Source: a virus. From it: a stretch of 64,000 nucleotides of DNA. Within the stretch, counting starts at the first letter, position 1, and every line of letters starts with the position of its first letter. The notes beneath the pieces are model-generated. The model made no database searches. It was given only the letters and a program-made list of their open reading frames with translations, and had not been told where the DNA came from. The stretch is taken from positions 16,309 through 80,308 of the IMG/VR virus record IMGVR_UViG_3300025401_000022. One strand, given 5' to 3'. Positions 1-9,017 of this stretch are shown here, piece after piece. The translations under genes and the position numbers were made by a program.

Positions 1-110
1 TCTGCATAATCCTTGATTGCTTTTTTGAATATAGCGTCCCAGTTATTCTCAAACTGCTCCTTTGGTACGCCTAGTGGGCGACGTGCATCGCCTTTGCCTC
101 CGTCTCTCAT
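1..110 (-). CDS. Small hypothetical protein, partial (runs off left edge)
   Basis: ATG at 110 with AGGAG upstream; reads MRDGGKGDARRPLGVPKEQFENNWDAIF. Confidence 0.5.
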   Translation of the reverse strand, partial: MRDGGKGDARRPLGVPKEQFENNWDAIFKKAIKDYA

Positions 111-111
111 A

Positions 112-441
112 CTATCTCCTAAACTGTGGTACTGGTTTACGTCTGCCAAATGTTTTGCGAACCTTTAACGCCCATATACTACCGTGTACTTTGTTGCGCC
201 AGCCTTGATGGGCACGGCGGATCTTTTGCATCTTAAAGCGAGCTTTAATACGCTTTGGCTTATTATAGTAGTCTTGAATAAGCCGCCGCTTTCCAGCGTC
301 ACCAAAGATGACGCCGAACAAGCTACGCTTAATGATGCGTGGAAATCTAAACTTCTTCATCTTGTGGTTTGCCATTAAGCGCAAACTGTGCGTACTGCCA
401 CGCTGTATCGCGGACCTCTGAGGGGCTTGCCCCTCTGGCAA
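112..441 (-). CDS. Basic hypothetical protein (true start probably ~375)
   Basis: ORF track; K/R-rich; co-oriented with the primase operon. Confidence 0.45.
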   Translation of the reverse strand: MPEGQAPQRSAIQRGSTHSLRLMANHKMKKFRFPRIIKRSLFGVIFGDAGKRRLIQDYYNKPKRIKARFKMQKIRRAHQGWRNKVHGSIWALKVRKTFGRRKPVPQFRR

Positions 442-495
442 TGAGGCCCATGGTGGCCGCGCAGGCCAGTGTGAATAGTTGCTCTTCTTGTGTCA

Positions 496-2805
496 TTAAA
501 ATATCTCTCCGTTGTCTAGTCTTTCAATACTGTCAATGTACCTCTGAGCCTTTGAGTTCAGTCGTACGCCCTTATAAATGTGCTGCCGCTGGCCACCGAT
601 GCGCGTGGAGTCCGATTCAACGTGGTGCTCCTGAATCGCCGCCAAGAATCTGCGCTTGAATGACAGCTCGTTGCCCGGCGTGATGCTCTTGTGCAGAGCC
701 CAGCGCTTGTAGCACGCGAAGATGTCGTCCTTGTTCACGGTGTACTCGGGGCCAATCTCGAGCACGTCGTCGATGAACGAGCCGATCGGATTACCAAGTT
801 CGCTCATCAGATCCAAGTACTCTCTGCCCGACTTAGGCTGGATAAAGTTGCCACCGCGTGCCAATCGTCTACGTTGCCCCTCGATCACCCAGTTAAAGAT
901 GCCCGAGAGCTCTGACCTGAGCTTAGATGATAGCGAGGTGTCTTCGTTGTTGTAGAACGACTTGCTCATCTTTAGCACCAGCATGCGCCCAGTGAGCGCG
1001 TTGGAGTTCTCAGTCAGCTGGAGTACCTCGTTGCTGTACACGATTATTCGTGTGGGTAGGTATCCGTTCCATGACTCCTTGTTCTTTCTATTAACTGTAA
1101 CAGTGTCGCCGCCAACAATTCTAAGGAGTTGGCTAACAACAGCACTACGGTTACGCTCAGGGGCACGGGCGTCTGTGAAAGAAGCGAGTAGCTTACCCAG
1201 CCAAGGTTGCAGACCAAAAGTATCACACAATTCCTCCAGTTGTGGTGCCACTGTATTGTGTTGGCCTAGTAGGTCAACGAGCACCTTGTTAATAGTTCCC
1301 TTGCCGCTACGCCTAGGACCGATCACGTTCAAAAACTTCTGCTCTGAGGTGTCCCCTGAGAGTATGTAGCCAAAGTACTCCTGCAGTAGGTCCTTGCTCT
1401 CTTGGTCCTCGCCCCACACGTCGTCCAAGAACTTCATCCACTGTGGGCAGTCCTTAGTGGGGTCGTACTCGAACGGCAGTGAGTTGTACGTGAAGAATCC
1501 CAGTGAGTGCGCAAACAGTACCAGCTGGTCCATCTGAAACAGTCCGTTGACCATGCTGATTAACTTCTCAGCTGGCGGGTTGGACTGCGCGTAACCGTCT
1601 AACCAAACTGGTGGCTTGGTGTTCGGGTCGTTGGCCAAGTGCACGATGGACTTGATCGCGTCAATCGCGGCGTTCACCACTGCAGGGTTGGCGTTGAACG
1701 GCACCAGCGCGCCCTTCTTGTCTAGCTTCTGACACTTGTCCAAGAACTTATACAGCTGGGAGCGCACCGTTGCCTCCTCGATGTTGGTGTAGTGCGTGCC
1801 GGTGTACACGAAGAACTCTTCGGCGTAGTGCACCAGCTTATAGCCATCTTCCACCGTGTACATCGATGACAAAAACTTCCTTGCGTGGTCTAGCGGGTTG
1901 GAGATCTCGAGCACGATCTCTCCGTTGGCCAGAGCCACCTGCAGCTTTTTTTGGTTCACCTTAAATATCAGGGAGCGCAACGTGATGCCCTGACCCTTAA
2001 AGCTGTTCCACTTCGTCGTGCATGAGTTGATGCCCGTCACGGTGTACTTGTTGGACTGCGCACTCCAGCGCTCCCACGCCTCTAGTGCCTCGACGTCCTT
2101 GTTAAACTGGTGGTGCAAAGCCATACCCACGTTCTTCCAGTCATCGTAGCCACAGTCAGGGTCCAGCTCTGAGAGTAGCTCCGTTTCAACGCGGAGCAAA
2201 TCCCAGCCCTCGACTGGCGGCGTGTAGTTTGCAAAGTCGTCATCTGACTGGCGCATTGCCCGTGGTGGTACGTGCGCAGTGAGGTCCTGAGGCTCGTTGG
2301 GCACGTCGCCTGCAATCTTGTGCCCCGTCATGGTGAAGTAACGGCTCTTAGGATACACCTCCAGCCCGATGGTGTGGTCAACGTGGGCCGAGTGCAGGTC
2401 TGCGCGGGTGAATATCTTGATGCCAGTACCGCTTGGTGACACCTCAACGTAGCCCTTCACGTTGTCCATGATGGACTGTGCTAGGTCGTTTAGATCACCG
2501 CTCTCAGGATCACGGCAATCGTCAATGTCAATGCCAATGAGGTTATCATCCCCAGTAAAAACGAATCCAATACCGTCAAAATTACCATTCTCGTATGCCT
2601 TCTGTGCCGTGAAAAAATCTGTCCAAGTTGCTGGGTTGGTTGATGAGGCAAACTTGCCAGTGCTCTGTACTGGGAGCTTGCTCCACTTTTGCGACTCACC
2701 GTCGCCGACTAGCGTGTACTTCCACAGGCAAAACCGTGGTATGCGCTTCAAGTCGCTCGGTATCGCATTAAAATCTACCTCTAATGCTGGCGGTTTTTGT
2801 AACAT
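496..2805 (-). CDS. Primase-polymerase (AEP) + PriCT-2 + D5-like SF3 helicase
   Basis: N-terminal GIDIDDC / EVSPSGTGIKIF / LEVYPKSRYFTMTG prim-pol motifs; YDDWKNVGMALH...WERWS PriCT-2; Walker A GPRRSGKGT. Confidence 0.92.
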   Translation of the reverse strand: MLQKPPALEVDFNAIPSDLKRIPRFCLWKYTLVGDGESQKWSKLPVQSTGKFASSTNPATWTDFFTAQKAYENGNFDGIGFVFTGDDNLIGIDIDDCRDPESGDLNDLAQSIMDNVKGYVEVSPSGTGIKIFTRADLHSAHVDHTIGLEVYPKSRYFTMTGHKIAGDVPNEPQDLTAHVPPRAMRQSDDDFANYTPPVEGWDLLRVETELLSELDPDCGYDDWKNVGMALHHQFNKDVEALEAWERWSAQSNKYTVTGINSCTTKWNSFKGQGITLRSLIFKVNQKKLQVALANGEIVLEISNPLDHARKFLSSMYTVEDGYKLVHYAEEFFVYTGTHYTNIEEATVRSQLYKFLDKCQKLDKKGALVPFNANPAVVNAAIDAIKSIVHLANDPNTKPPVWLDGYAQSNPPAEKLISMVNGLFQMDQLVLFAHSLGFFTYNSLPFEYDPTKDCPQWMKFLDDVWGEDQESKDLLQEYFGYILSGDTSEQKFLNVIGPRRSGKGTINKVLVDLLGQHNTVAPQLEELCDTFGLQPWLGKLLASFTDARAPERNRSAVVSQLLRIVGGDTVTVNRKNKESWNGYLPTRIIVYSNEVLQLTENSNALTGRMLVLKMSKSFYNNEDTSLSSKLRSELSGIFNWVIEGQRRRLARGGNFIQPKSGREYLDLMSELGNPIGSFIDDVLEIGPEYTVNKDDIFACYKRWALHKSITPGNELSFKRRFLAAIQEHHVESDSTRIGGQRQHIYKGVRLNSKAQRYIDSIERLDNGEIF

Positions 2806-2828
2806 GACTCTCCTCTTTTCTTGCCCTT

Positions 2829-2838
2829 ACTAATACGC
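2829..2838 (-). promoter_or_regulatory. Phage promoter motif GCGTATTAGT (no GGGCG) upstream of primase
   Basis: Exact motif on - strand, preceded by ATTT. Confidence 0.75.
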
Positions 2839-2855
2839 AAATCGGCTGACCTGCG

Positions 2856-2870
2856 TTTCACATTATGAAA
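2856..2870. promoter_or_regulatory. Palindromic operator/activator-like site TTTCACATTATGAAA
   Basis: Related 15-mers at 9343, 9788, 51426, 54213. Confidence 0.55.
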
Positions 2871-2914
2871 TATTGAAAAATGCTGCACTGCATCCTGGAT
2901 TTGGATCCACCATA

Positions 2915-2937
2915 CAAATGAGAATGATTCTTATTTG
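2915..2937. promoter_or_regulatory. Fur-box-like palindrome CAAATGAGAATGATTCTTATTTG
   Basis: 11-1-11 inverted repeat with 10/11 match; resembles the Fur consensus. Confidence 0.45.
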
Positions 2938-2945
2938 GTCTATAC

Positions 2946-3112
2946 AAATCAATAACTTACGAGCTCGGATCCACAGTATCCATAGTATCCACCCTTTATT
3001 CAGGTTATTTTTTATTTTAAAAAAATAAAAAATAAATATCTGGAGTAAAAGTGAAAACTACTGTGGATACTGTGGATCGTACTCAAAATATCTATTGGAA
3101 TCAAGCACTTAC
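2946..3112. repeat. Origin-like element A: inverted ATCCACAGT iterons around an AT-rich palindrome, flanked by IHF-consensus sites
   Basis: ATCCACAGT/ATCCATAGT/ATCCAC at 2969-2992; 14-bp AT palindrome 3005-3035; ACTGTGGAT x2 at 3060-3077; AATCAAnnnnTTA at 2947 and 3099; next to the primase gene. Confidence 0.7.
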
Positions 3113-3170
3113 CGTGCCACCCTTTGGCACCTGTATCCTGCCACTATCCTGCCACTTTTTAAAATCGGGC

Positions 3171-3236
3171 CATAGAGGCGTTTAAAATGACTGGGTAAGG
3201 GGGTAGCCTCACATAGCCCTAAAAAACGCCTCTATG
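3171..3236. other. Inverted repeat CATAGAGGCGTTT...AAACGCCTCTATG (possible priming/ssi hairpin)
   Basis: 13-bp perfect arms with a 40-nt spacer. Confidence 0.45.
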
Positions 3237-3239
3237 AGG

Positions 3240-3512
3240 CTATAAACAGACTATGGTGCCGATGCTGGTCTTCGTGCACCTGACAATCGTGCCGTCAGGC
3301 ATCTGCACAACCTGAGCCAGCGCACTGGCGATGTGAAAGCCAAAGTACAGAATAAACGCCACGATGGCAATCCAGCCATACTTATTCCAGCGGTGGTACT
3401 GGCGCTCACGCTCTAAAAAGATAAAGCGCTCGGGTTTGCCGTAGTCTAGCTCAATCCCCCTGCAGTCGCAAACACTGCGCCCTTGGTTACAATTTCCTGA
3501 GCACCCCTTCAT
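3240..3512 (-). CDS. Hypothetical membrane protein with Cys-rich N-terminus
   Basis: CSGNCNQGRSVCDC plus one hydrophobic segment; ATGA coupling with upstream gene. Confidence 0.65.
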   Translation of the reverse strand: MKGCSGNCNQGRSVCDCRGIELDYGKPERFIFLERERQYHRWNKYGWIAIVAFILYFGFHIASALAQVVQMPDGTIVRCTKTSIGTIVCL

Positions 3513-3706
3513 TTGTTCACCTCGTATCCTAAGTTGTCTTTAATAAATTTGTACGCCCACTTTCTAAACGCGATGCGGTTCTCGCTGGTCTGCTCCTCCC
3601 GCTCGTCCCACTTAGCCTCGACCAAGAAGTTACCCTCCAAGTCGTTGAACTCAATCGCGGTAATGTTGCCGTCCTTGTCATAAATATCCGTTGGTATTGC
3701 TTTCAT
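3509..3706 (-). CDS. Hypothetical early protein
   Basis: ORF track; coupled overlaps at both ends. Confidence 0.65.
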   Translation of the reverse strand: MKAIPTDIYDKDGNITAIEFNDLEGNFLVEAKWDEREEQTSENRIAFRKWAYKFIKDNLGYEVNK

Positions 3707-4038
3707 GTTATCTCCTTAATTAGTGGTGACTTATCCTTCCATGAGTCGGTGTCACCGTAGTCACCCCTAATCATGCTCATGCGCTCCTCTTTTCTAAACG
3801 CTGGCTCGATGGCCCACCATGCTAGGCTGGCCTCCTTGTACTCGACCCACGCGTCATTTTCTAAAAACATGGGATGGTTGAGCCCAGCCACGTCCACGGT
3901 GCACACCACGTCACTGGTGGGTTGCCACCCCTTGGCGTTCTTCCTGCGGTACTGCCCCAGCGAGACGTTGTCTCGGGCGCGGATAAAGCGTACGTATGCG
4001 CGGGTCTGTTCGTCTGTTAATTTAATCATCGTGTTCAT
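3703..4038 (-). CDS. Hypothetical early protein
   Basis: ORF track; operon context. Confidence 0.65.
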   Translation of the reverse strand: MNTMIKLTDEQTRAYVRFIRARDNVSLGQYRRKNAKGWQPTSDVVCTVDVAGLNHPMFLENDAWVEYKEASLAWWAIEPAFRKEERMSMIRGDYGDTDSWKDKSPLIKEIT

Positions 4039-4585
4039 CTTCCATCTTGTCTAATTGTAGGGCGTCTAATGACGTTGGTTCTTGCAACATATAAAACTTT
4101 AACTGGTTTACGCGCTTGGTTGTTTTCCCAAGCACCTTGGCCAGCTCCTGAACCGTTGGCGTTCGGCCTAGGGTCTGAGTCAGTGCACGCTCGGTGTACG
4201 TCATCTTGCGTATCTCTTCGCGCACCTTAATCGGTATGCGAACTAGGTTCTCCTCGTCGTCCTGCCCACGCTCTACCCCACGCAGGATAAACCGCTTGGC
4301 AAAGGTCGCGAACTTGGCGCCGTTCTTTGGCACCCACTGACGTGCCGCCTTGATGAGCGCCTCGTTGCCCATGCCAATCAAGTCCTCCTGAGGCGTGCGT
4401 GAGTGGTTCCACGCGGTCAGCTTGCGCACCGTGTACACCACAAAGCGCAGGTTGTGCGTCACTAGCCTGTCCAGTGCCTGCTCGTCACCTTGCTGAATGC
4501 GACGTGACAGCTCGTACTCCTCTGCCGAGTCCAGCACTGGTATGCCGTACAGTGACTGCAGGTAGTCAGTTAAAAAGTCGTTCAT
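4022..4585 (-). CDS. Sigma70-family factor, regions 1.2-2-3 only (no region 4)
   Basis: LTDYLQSL..IPVLDSAEEYELSRRIQQGD..ALDRLVTHNLRFVV (1.2/2.1); EDLIGMGNEALIKAA (2.2); GAKFATFAKRFI (2.3); LVRIP; LGRTPTVQELAKVLG (3); ends QEPTSLD plus acidic tail; start 4585 is coupled to the upstream stop. Confidence 0.85.
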   Translation of the reverse strand: MNDFLTDYLQSLYGIPVLDSAEEYELSRRIQQGDEQALDRLVTHNLRFVVYTVRKLTAWNHSRTPQEDLIGMGNEALIKAARQWVPKNGAKFATFAKRFILRGVERGQDDEENLVRIPIKVREEIRKMTYTERALTQTLGRTPTVQELAKVLGKTTKRVNQLKFYMLQEPTSLDALQLDKMEDEHDD

Positions 4586-4839
4586 TATGAGTCCATCCAT
4601 ATAAGAGTTGTTGCCACGGCCGCGGCTATTAGCAATGGCCACAGCTGTGGAAAGAAAAAACACAACACAATAAATCCAGCCAGTGCCACCATGCCCCTAT
4701 AACCTATCTTGGCAAACAACACTGGAAAGCCCTTGTAAGCCACGTAAAGCAGTTGTGCCGCGGCTATTAGTAACGATACTCCGACGATAAATTGCACCTT
4801 GTGTCCTTTCGATGGTTTATGCCCGTGATGTCCGCTCAA
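4585..4839 (-). CDS. Small membrane protein
   Basis: Mostly hydrophobic; coupled overlaps. Confidence 0.6.
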   Translation of the reverse strand: MSGHHGHKPSKGHKVQFIVGVSLLIAAAQLLYVAYKGFPVLFAKIGYRGMVALAGFIVLCFFFPQLWPLLIAAAVATTLIWMDS

Positions 4840-5015
4840 AATGGTGCCTCCTGCAGTATGGCTACTGCGACTTGGTACGGGTTTGCTTTAGGCTCGCGCG
4901 GTAGTGTCACCAAGCTCATACCATTGGTTAGGTAGGGGGTAGCCTCCAGCTTTGATACAAACTTCCTGCAGGCCCCTCCAAACTCATCCATGAGGACGTA
5001 ACGATATTGGCTCAT
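4836..5015 (-). CDS. Hypothetical early protein
   Basis: Start MSQYRY overlaps the upstream stop. Confidence 0.6.
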   Translation of the reverse strand: MSQYRYVLMDEFGGACRKFVSKLEATPYLTNGMSLVTLPREPKANPYQVAVAILQEAPF

Positions 5016-5212
5016 GGTATGAATGCCTCGCGCTTGAGCTGGTTGCCCAGCTTGTCCTGCAAGTACATCACCACGTCCCACTCGCCGTCGTCGCGGCCGC
5101 GTGAGCGCTCCGCGTTGGTCAGCTTGTCAGCGTACCAGTAAAGCGCACGCTTGATAGCTAGGAACTCCTCCGCGTCGAGGTTTAACTCAAAGCGGTTAGT
5201 GTTGATCTTCAT
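5012..5212 (-). CDS. Hypothetical early protein
   Basis: ORF track; coupled overlaps. Confidence 0.6.
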   Translation of the reverse strand: MKINTNRFELNLDAEEFLAIKRALYWYADKLTNAERSRGRDDGEWDVVMYLQDKLGNQLKREAFIP

Positions 5213-5478
5213 GCTGACACCTTGCGCACGACGACTGCGTCCACTGCCTTAATTGCTGTGACCTTAGCCACAGTAGTCACGTCGCAAAACTCGCGAACTA
5301 ATTTAGGGTCAATGCTGGCTCGGTCGTAGTGTTGCACCTCGGCAATGAAGTCCATTCCTTGGTACTTACCTACACCGCGAGCAATGAGCTCAGCCTTGAG
5401 CTTACGAGCTGTAGATTCGAGCTCAGCGATCTGCTGGTTAATGATTCCTAAGTCGTCGATCATGTTATCTGTAATCAA
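5209..5478 (-). CDS. Hypothetical early protein
   Basis: ORF track; AGGAG RBS. Confidence 0.65.
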   Translation of the reverse strand: MITDNMIDDLGIINQQIAELESTARKLKAELIARGVGKYQGMDFIAEVQHYDRASIDPKLVREFCDVTTVAKVTAIKAVDAVVVRKVSA

Positions 5479-5507
5479 TTTAATTCTCCTTTGTGTGTTT
5501 TCTAAAA

Positions 5508-5753
5508 TTATACCACGACTGATTCGTGCATTGTTTTGTTGATCTCGCGTATCAGGCTTGCGTCCTCAAACCACATAACGCGTGCGTACGTCCTGCGTGT
5601 TGGCTTGCGCGGTGTGCTTTCAGGCGCGTCGCCTGTGTGCACGAACAACGCGAAGGCGTAGCACGCCAGCTTGTCAGTCGCGCACTTGGTTGCGTGCACG
5701 CACCCGTCGCACGGCATTGGCTCATTTAAAAACTTTCTCATTTTAAAGTTCAT
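5508..5753 (-). CDS. Hypothetical Cys-rich early protein
   Basis: PCDGC..C..C; AGGAG RBS. Confidence 0.6.
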   Translation of the reverse strand: MNFKMRKFLNEPMPCDGCVHATKCATDKLACYAFALFVHTGDAPESTPRKPTRRTYARVMWFEDASLIREINKTMHESVVV

Positions 5754-5757
5754 AGTA

Positions 5758-5952
5758 TTACTCCTGATTATCAAGTTGTTCTAGGTCTTCCTGCCACCAT
5801 GCCATCACGGTGCATATATCGCTCCACTCTGCGTCGTACTGGGGATCTTGACCCTCAGGTATGCAGTCCTCGCGATACGCCTCTAGGGCACGCCAAATCG
5901 CGCCAAATTGGCTGTCTCTGTCATTACTGGTTACTGGTTTAAATGTCGCCAT
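5758..5952 (-). CDS. Hypothetical early protein
   Basis: ORF track; AGGAG RBS. Confidence 0.6.
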   Translation of the reverse strand: MATFKPVTSNDRDSQFGAIWRALEAYREDCIPEGQDPQYDAEWSDICTVMAWWQEDLEQLDNQE

Positions 5953-6139
5953 CTTGATCTCCTGTGTCCCAATTGCTTACTGCCACAAATACCTGCTGGA
6001 TGTCGCACTTTGGAAACTTCTCACGCGCGATACTTACAGCCTCATGCGCGTCCTGCGCCCAAAATTGATGCCAGTCATAGTGGCGTGGCTCTTCGTGTGT
6101 TGCCAGTTCAATTGCAAATACTTTAGTCTCGTAGCTCAT
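5939..6139 (-). CDS. Hypothetical early protein
   Basis: Start MSYETK after GAGGAG RBS. Confidence 0.6.
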   Translation of the reverse strand: MSYETKVFAIELATHEEPRHYDWHQFWAQDAHEAVSIAREKFPKCDIQQVFVAVSNWDTGDQDGDI

Positions 6140-6292
6140 GGTGTTACTCCTCATCAAATTCAAAGTTAATAGTTTGCTTGCAGTGCAGGCACTGCTCCAC
6201 ATATATGATGCCGTTGTCACTGACCGCCTCAGTCTGAGCCCCATCGTATGGGCAGGTGAACGGAGCGTCAGCGTCCGCGATAAACACGTCAA

Positions 6293-6571
6293 TCATTTTG
6301 GTCCTTTCTTGCTTTCTCTGAGCACGCGTAGATCTTCGCGATACTGCTCCTTGTTCTCTTCGTACTGGCGACGTGTCATCTCTACGCCACGCTCACCACT
6401 GATTGTAGTCGGATCGGGTCGGCACACTAAAATCATGTCGTCAGGTGACTCGACTGGTACCTCGTACACTGGCTCCCATGGCACGTCAGGTGCGCTGGGT
6501 TGTTTGGACCAAGTCCGTGACACGTAGCGTGCCTCGTCACGTGCCCTACAAATTGCGTTAAGTGATCTCAT
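6293..6571 (-). CDS. Hypothetical early protein
   Basis: ORF track; GGAGG RBS. Confidence 0.5.
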   Translation of the reverse strand: MRSLNAICRARDEARYVSRTWSKQPSAPDVPWEPVYEVPVESPDDMILVCRPDPTTISGERGVEMTRRQYEENKEQYREDLRVLRESKKGPK

Positions 6572-6572
6572 G

Positions 6573-6824
6573 TTAAGCCTCCCATACAGTTAGCTGGGCA
6601 GGGTTCTGCCATTCAGCGAATAAATTATACTTGCGCAGTGTCTCAGTAATCACTGGTGACACGCCGAACTCCCAGTCAGGGATCATGTGCCCGTCATAGT
6701 AGTCACAGAAGTCGTGACCGTCCTCAGCACTAATCCAAAAATTAGGCTGGTCGTCGTGGTACTCACGTACCGCTACGCCTTGTTTTTTGAGCGCGTTGAA
6801 CGCGTTGCGAAAAGCTCTTTTCAT
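6573..6824 (-). CDS. Hypothetical early protein
   Basis: ORF track; GGAGG RBS. Confidence 0.65.
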   Translation of the reverse strand: MKRAFRNAFNALKKQGVAVREYHDDQPNFWISAEDGHDFCDYYDGHMIPDWEFGVSPVITETLRKYNLFAEWQNPAQLTVWEA

Positions 6825-7048
6825 ACTGCCTCCTGTTTCAGAAATAAATTATATAAACCATCTTTGACCTGAGCCAAAGTGTTGCGTACTACATTGGCTG
6901 AGCTCGAGAGCTCGACAGCCAACTCACTATCACCACGCGCATTGGCGCAGTCTGCGAGCTCAGTGAGCTCTTTAATATGCGCTCTGAGCGCATTTTCCAT
7001 CAACAACGCTTGGCGTTGTGTCAGGAATATATCAAAACCTTTTACCAT
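6821..7048 (-). CDS. Hypothetical early protein
   Basis: ORF track; GGAGG RBS. Confidence 0.6.
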   Translation of the reverse strand: MVKGFDIFLTQRQALLMENALRAHIKELTELADCANARGDSELAVELSSSANVVRNTLAQVKDGLYNLFLKQEAV

Positions 7049-7056
7049 ACATCCTC

Positions 7057-7359
7057 CTATTTGATATGAATAAATTTAAAGTGGTCTTTAATAAACTTAT
7101 TAGTATGCGCAATAGCCTGCTTGCGGATCTCGTTGAGCTCCTTGGCGATGTTGTCACCGCTCAGCTCCTTGATCCAGCCACGACCGTACCACTGCTCGTG
7201 GTTAGGGTGGTAGTCCAGCTCGATGCAGTTCTCACCCCACGTGATGCAGAACGACTTGCCACCCTGCTTTAGGTACTCAGCAAGCGTGCGCATGATGACT
7301 GCACGTGATGGCTTGCGCTTGTTGAACTCGATGTCAATTACTGGGAATAGTTGGCTCAT
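7057..7359 (-). CDS. Hypothetical early protein
   Basis: ORF track; GGAG RBS. Confidence 0.65.
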   Translation of the reverse strand: MSQLFPVIDIEFNKRKPSRAVIMRTLAEYLKQGGKSFCITWGENCIELDYHPNHEQWYGRGWIKELSGDNIAKELNEIRKQAIAHTNKFIKDHFKFIHIK

Positions 7360-7404
7360 AAAATCTCCGTTGTGTTGATGTGTCTATTATACTGGGTCAC
7401 TGGC

Positions 7405-7800
7405 TCACTGAGTGAGCTCGTATGGTTTATCCCAGTCGCCTACGTTCAGGTGAAAGTAGTACGCGGTGTCAAAGTAGTCCACCTGCGCGTCCGACTTGTC
7501 ATAGTAGTCCGCGCTCTTAAGCGCGTCAATGATCTCACCGATCACGCGCTGAGGGCGGTGTGTGAAGTGATCTTCGTACCAGTACGGGTTCACTTGGATG
7601 TGGTTGCGTACGTGCAAGTCAAAGTCTTTGCCAGTGGTCTGCTTGAAGTTCTCCATGAAGTCCACTGGGCCACTGCGTAGGGTGCAGGTGATGCTCATGT
7701 GATCCTGCACGCGCAGGCTGTACTTGATGCCCAGTGGTTTGAGCACCTTGTCTAGGTTAGCCTTGATGATCTTCTTCTTGTCTTGGTTCATGTATGCCAT
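7405..7800 (-). CDS. Early protein resembling an LPD29-type domain
   Basis: C-terminal YYDKSDAQVDYFDTAYYFHL; AGGAG RBS; family call is tentative. Confidence 0.55.
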   Translation of the reverse strand: MAYMNQDKKKIIKANLDKVLKPLGIKYSLRVQDHMSITCTLRSGPVDFMENFKQTTGKDFDLHVRNHIQVNPYWYEDHFTHRPQRVIGEIIDALKSADYYDKSDAQVDYFDTAYYFHLNVGDWDKPYELTQ

Positions 7801-7811
7801 GGTGTAGCTCC

Positions 7812-8116
7812 TTATTGGTTATGGTGTAGTTCGTCCATCAGCATGGCCCACTCAATCTCTGCGTCGGTCTGCTCAAGCTCGTCAACGCCGTAGCGTCTCT
7901 CTAGCTCTTCAAGTACTTCGGATAGTGGTAGATCTTTGGTCATGTTAGCTCCTCAAGTTTATGTAGTACATCAGTATAGCCGTCGTTACGTTGCAGGACG
8001 CCGTCCTTGGCGCGTTTAGTAGCTTGGCGTAGGTTGTTGTCAGTGAACTCCCAGTAATGCGTCACAGCCCCGTCTATGGGGTCTGTGTACGTTGCTCTGT
8101 ATCGTTTGTTGGTCAT
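7812..8116 (-). CDS. Two small coupled early ORFs (7812-7943 and 7940-8116)
   Basis: Read by eye; both have AGGAG/GGAGG RBS; below the ORF-track cutoff. Confidence 0.5.
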
Positions 8117-8125
8117 GTTGCCTCC

Positions 8126-8770
8126 TTATGCGGTTTGTAAAGTGCGCCAAGAGCGCGGTGACATCCAAGATTTTAACACCCTGCCAGTACTCTCTTGCGT
8201 GTAGTTGAACCACAAGCGCTGTCCGTCTTGCTGTACTGCTGTCATCACTAACCCCTTGGCGTTGACGCGCTTGTCACCAGCCTGAATGCGCTCGGCTGGT
8301 ACTGGCTTAGCTACTACTGCCAGCTCAGTGCCGTGCACCTTGTCAGCCAGTGCGCTCATCATCTTAGCGAAGTCTTCACCAGCCTTAGCACGGTACGTCA
8401 TCAGGTAAGCCTCATGCTTACGAATGTCTTGTTGGCGATACTCAGGCGCATCGGCAAACAATGCCACTTCTGCTACGCGCTTGCCGTCTACCATCTTCAT
8501 GTAGCCAGTCTTGTACTCGACTGGGTCGTGCATGCCTGCCAGTGTCTCTTCTGCCTTGATGCGCAGGTCGTGGGCTTGTTTTAATACATCAGCGATCATG
8601 CTGTCAGTCTCAGTACGACGCTTTTCAAGCGGTGCGTAGCGGTGACCTTGACATACGCCTTGGAACCAGCCGTTAGCTACTGTGTAGCCGTGAGCTGAGA
8701 TGCCGCCGCGTACTGCCTGCTGACGTCCACAGCACTGGCAGTGACCGCGTGTTTGAGTTGATGTTGCCAT
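8126..8770 (-). CDS. Early protein with N-terminal Zn-ribbon-like motif
   Basis: GHCQCCGR...HGY...GWFQGVC; AAAGGAG RBS directly after the ribozyme. Confidence 0.7.
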   Translation of the reverse strand: MATSTQTRGHCQCCGRQQAVRGGISAHGYTVANGWFQGVCQGHRYAPLEKRRTETDSMIADVLKQAHDLRIKAEETLAGMHDPVEYKTGYMKMVDGKRVAEVALFADAPEYRQQDIRKHEAYLMTYRAKAGEDFAKMMSALADKVHGTELAVVAKPVPAERIQAGDKRVNAKGLVMTAVQQDGQRLWFNYTQESTGRVLKSWMSPRSWRTLQTA

Positions 8771-8793
8771 GGTGATAGCTCCTTTAGTTAATT

Positions 8794-8845
8794 GATCTCA
8801 TCAGTACCAGCCTAACTGGTAGACAGCCGTGAGGCTGTTTCGATC
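8794..8845 (-). ncRNA. Type II hammerhead ribozyme
   Basis: - strand GAUC GAAA CAGCC-UCAC-GGCUG UC UACCAG-UUAGG-CUGGUA CUGAUGA GAUC: complete core, three stems, GUC cleavage triplet. Confidence 0.9.
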
Positions 8846-8995
8846 TTAATATCCAGCATCCCACTGGCATCCGTTGTCAATCCATCGTGCCTCGTCTTTG
8901 GCAGTTTGATAGAGCTCATCTTGCCAGTCGTCATAACCTTGGCAATCTTCTGCGTTATCAAACTCTGTACCGTCTTTGGCGATGTATTTAGTCAT
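8846..8995 (-). CDS. Small acidic protein, first ORF of the early operon
   Basis: MTKYIAKDGTEFDNAEDC...; AGGAG RBS; stop abuts the ribozyme. Confidence 0.55.
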   Translation of the reverse strand: MTKYIAKDGTEFDNAEDCQGYDDWQDELYQTAKDEARWIDNGCQWDAGY

Positions 8996-9017
8996 AGTGA
9001 TTCTCCTATTGATTGGT

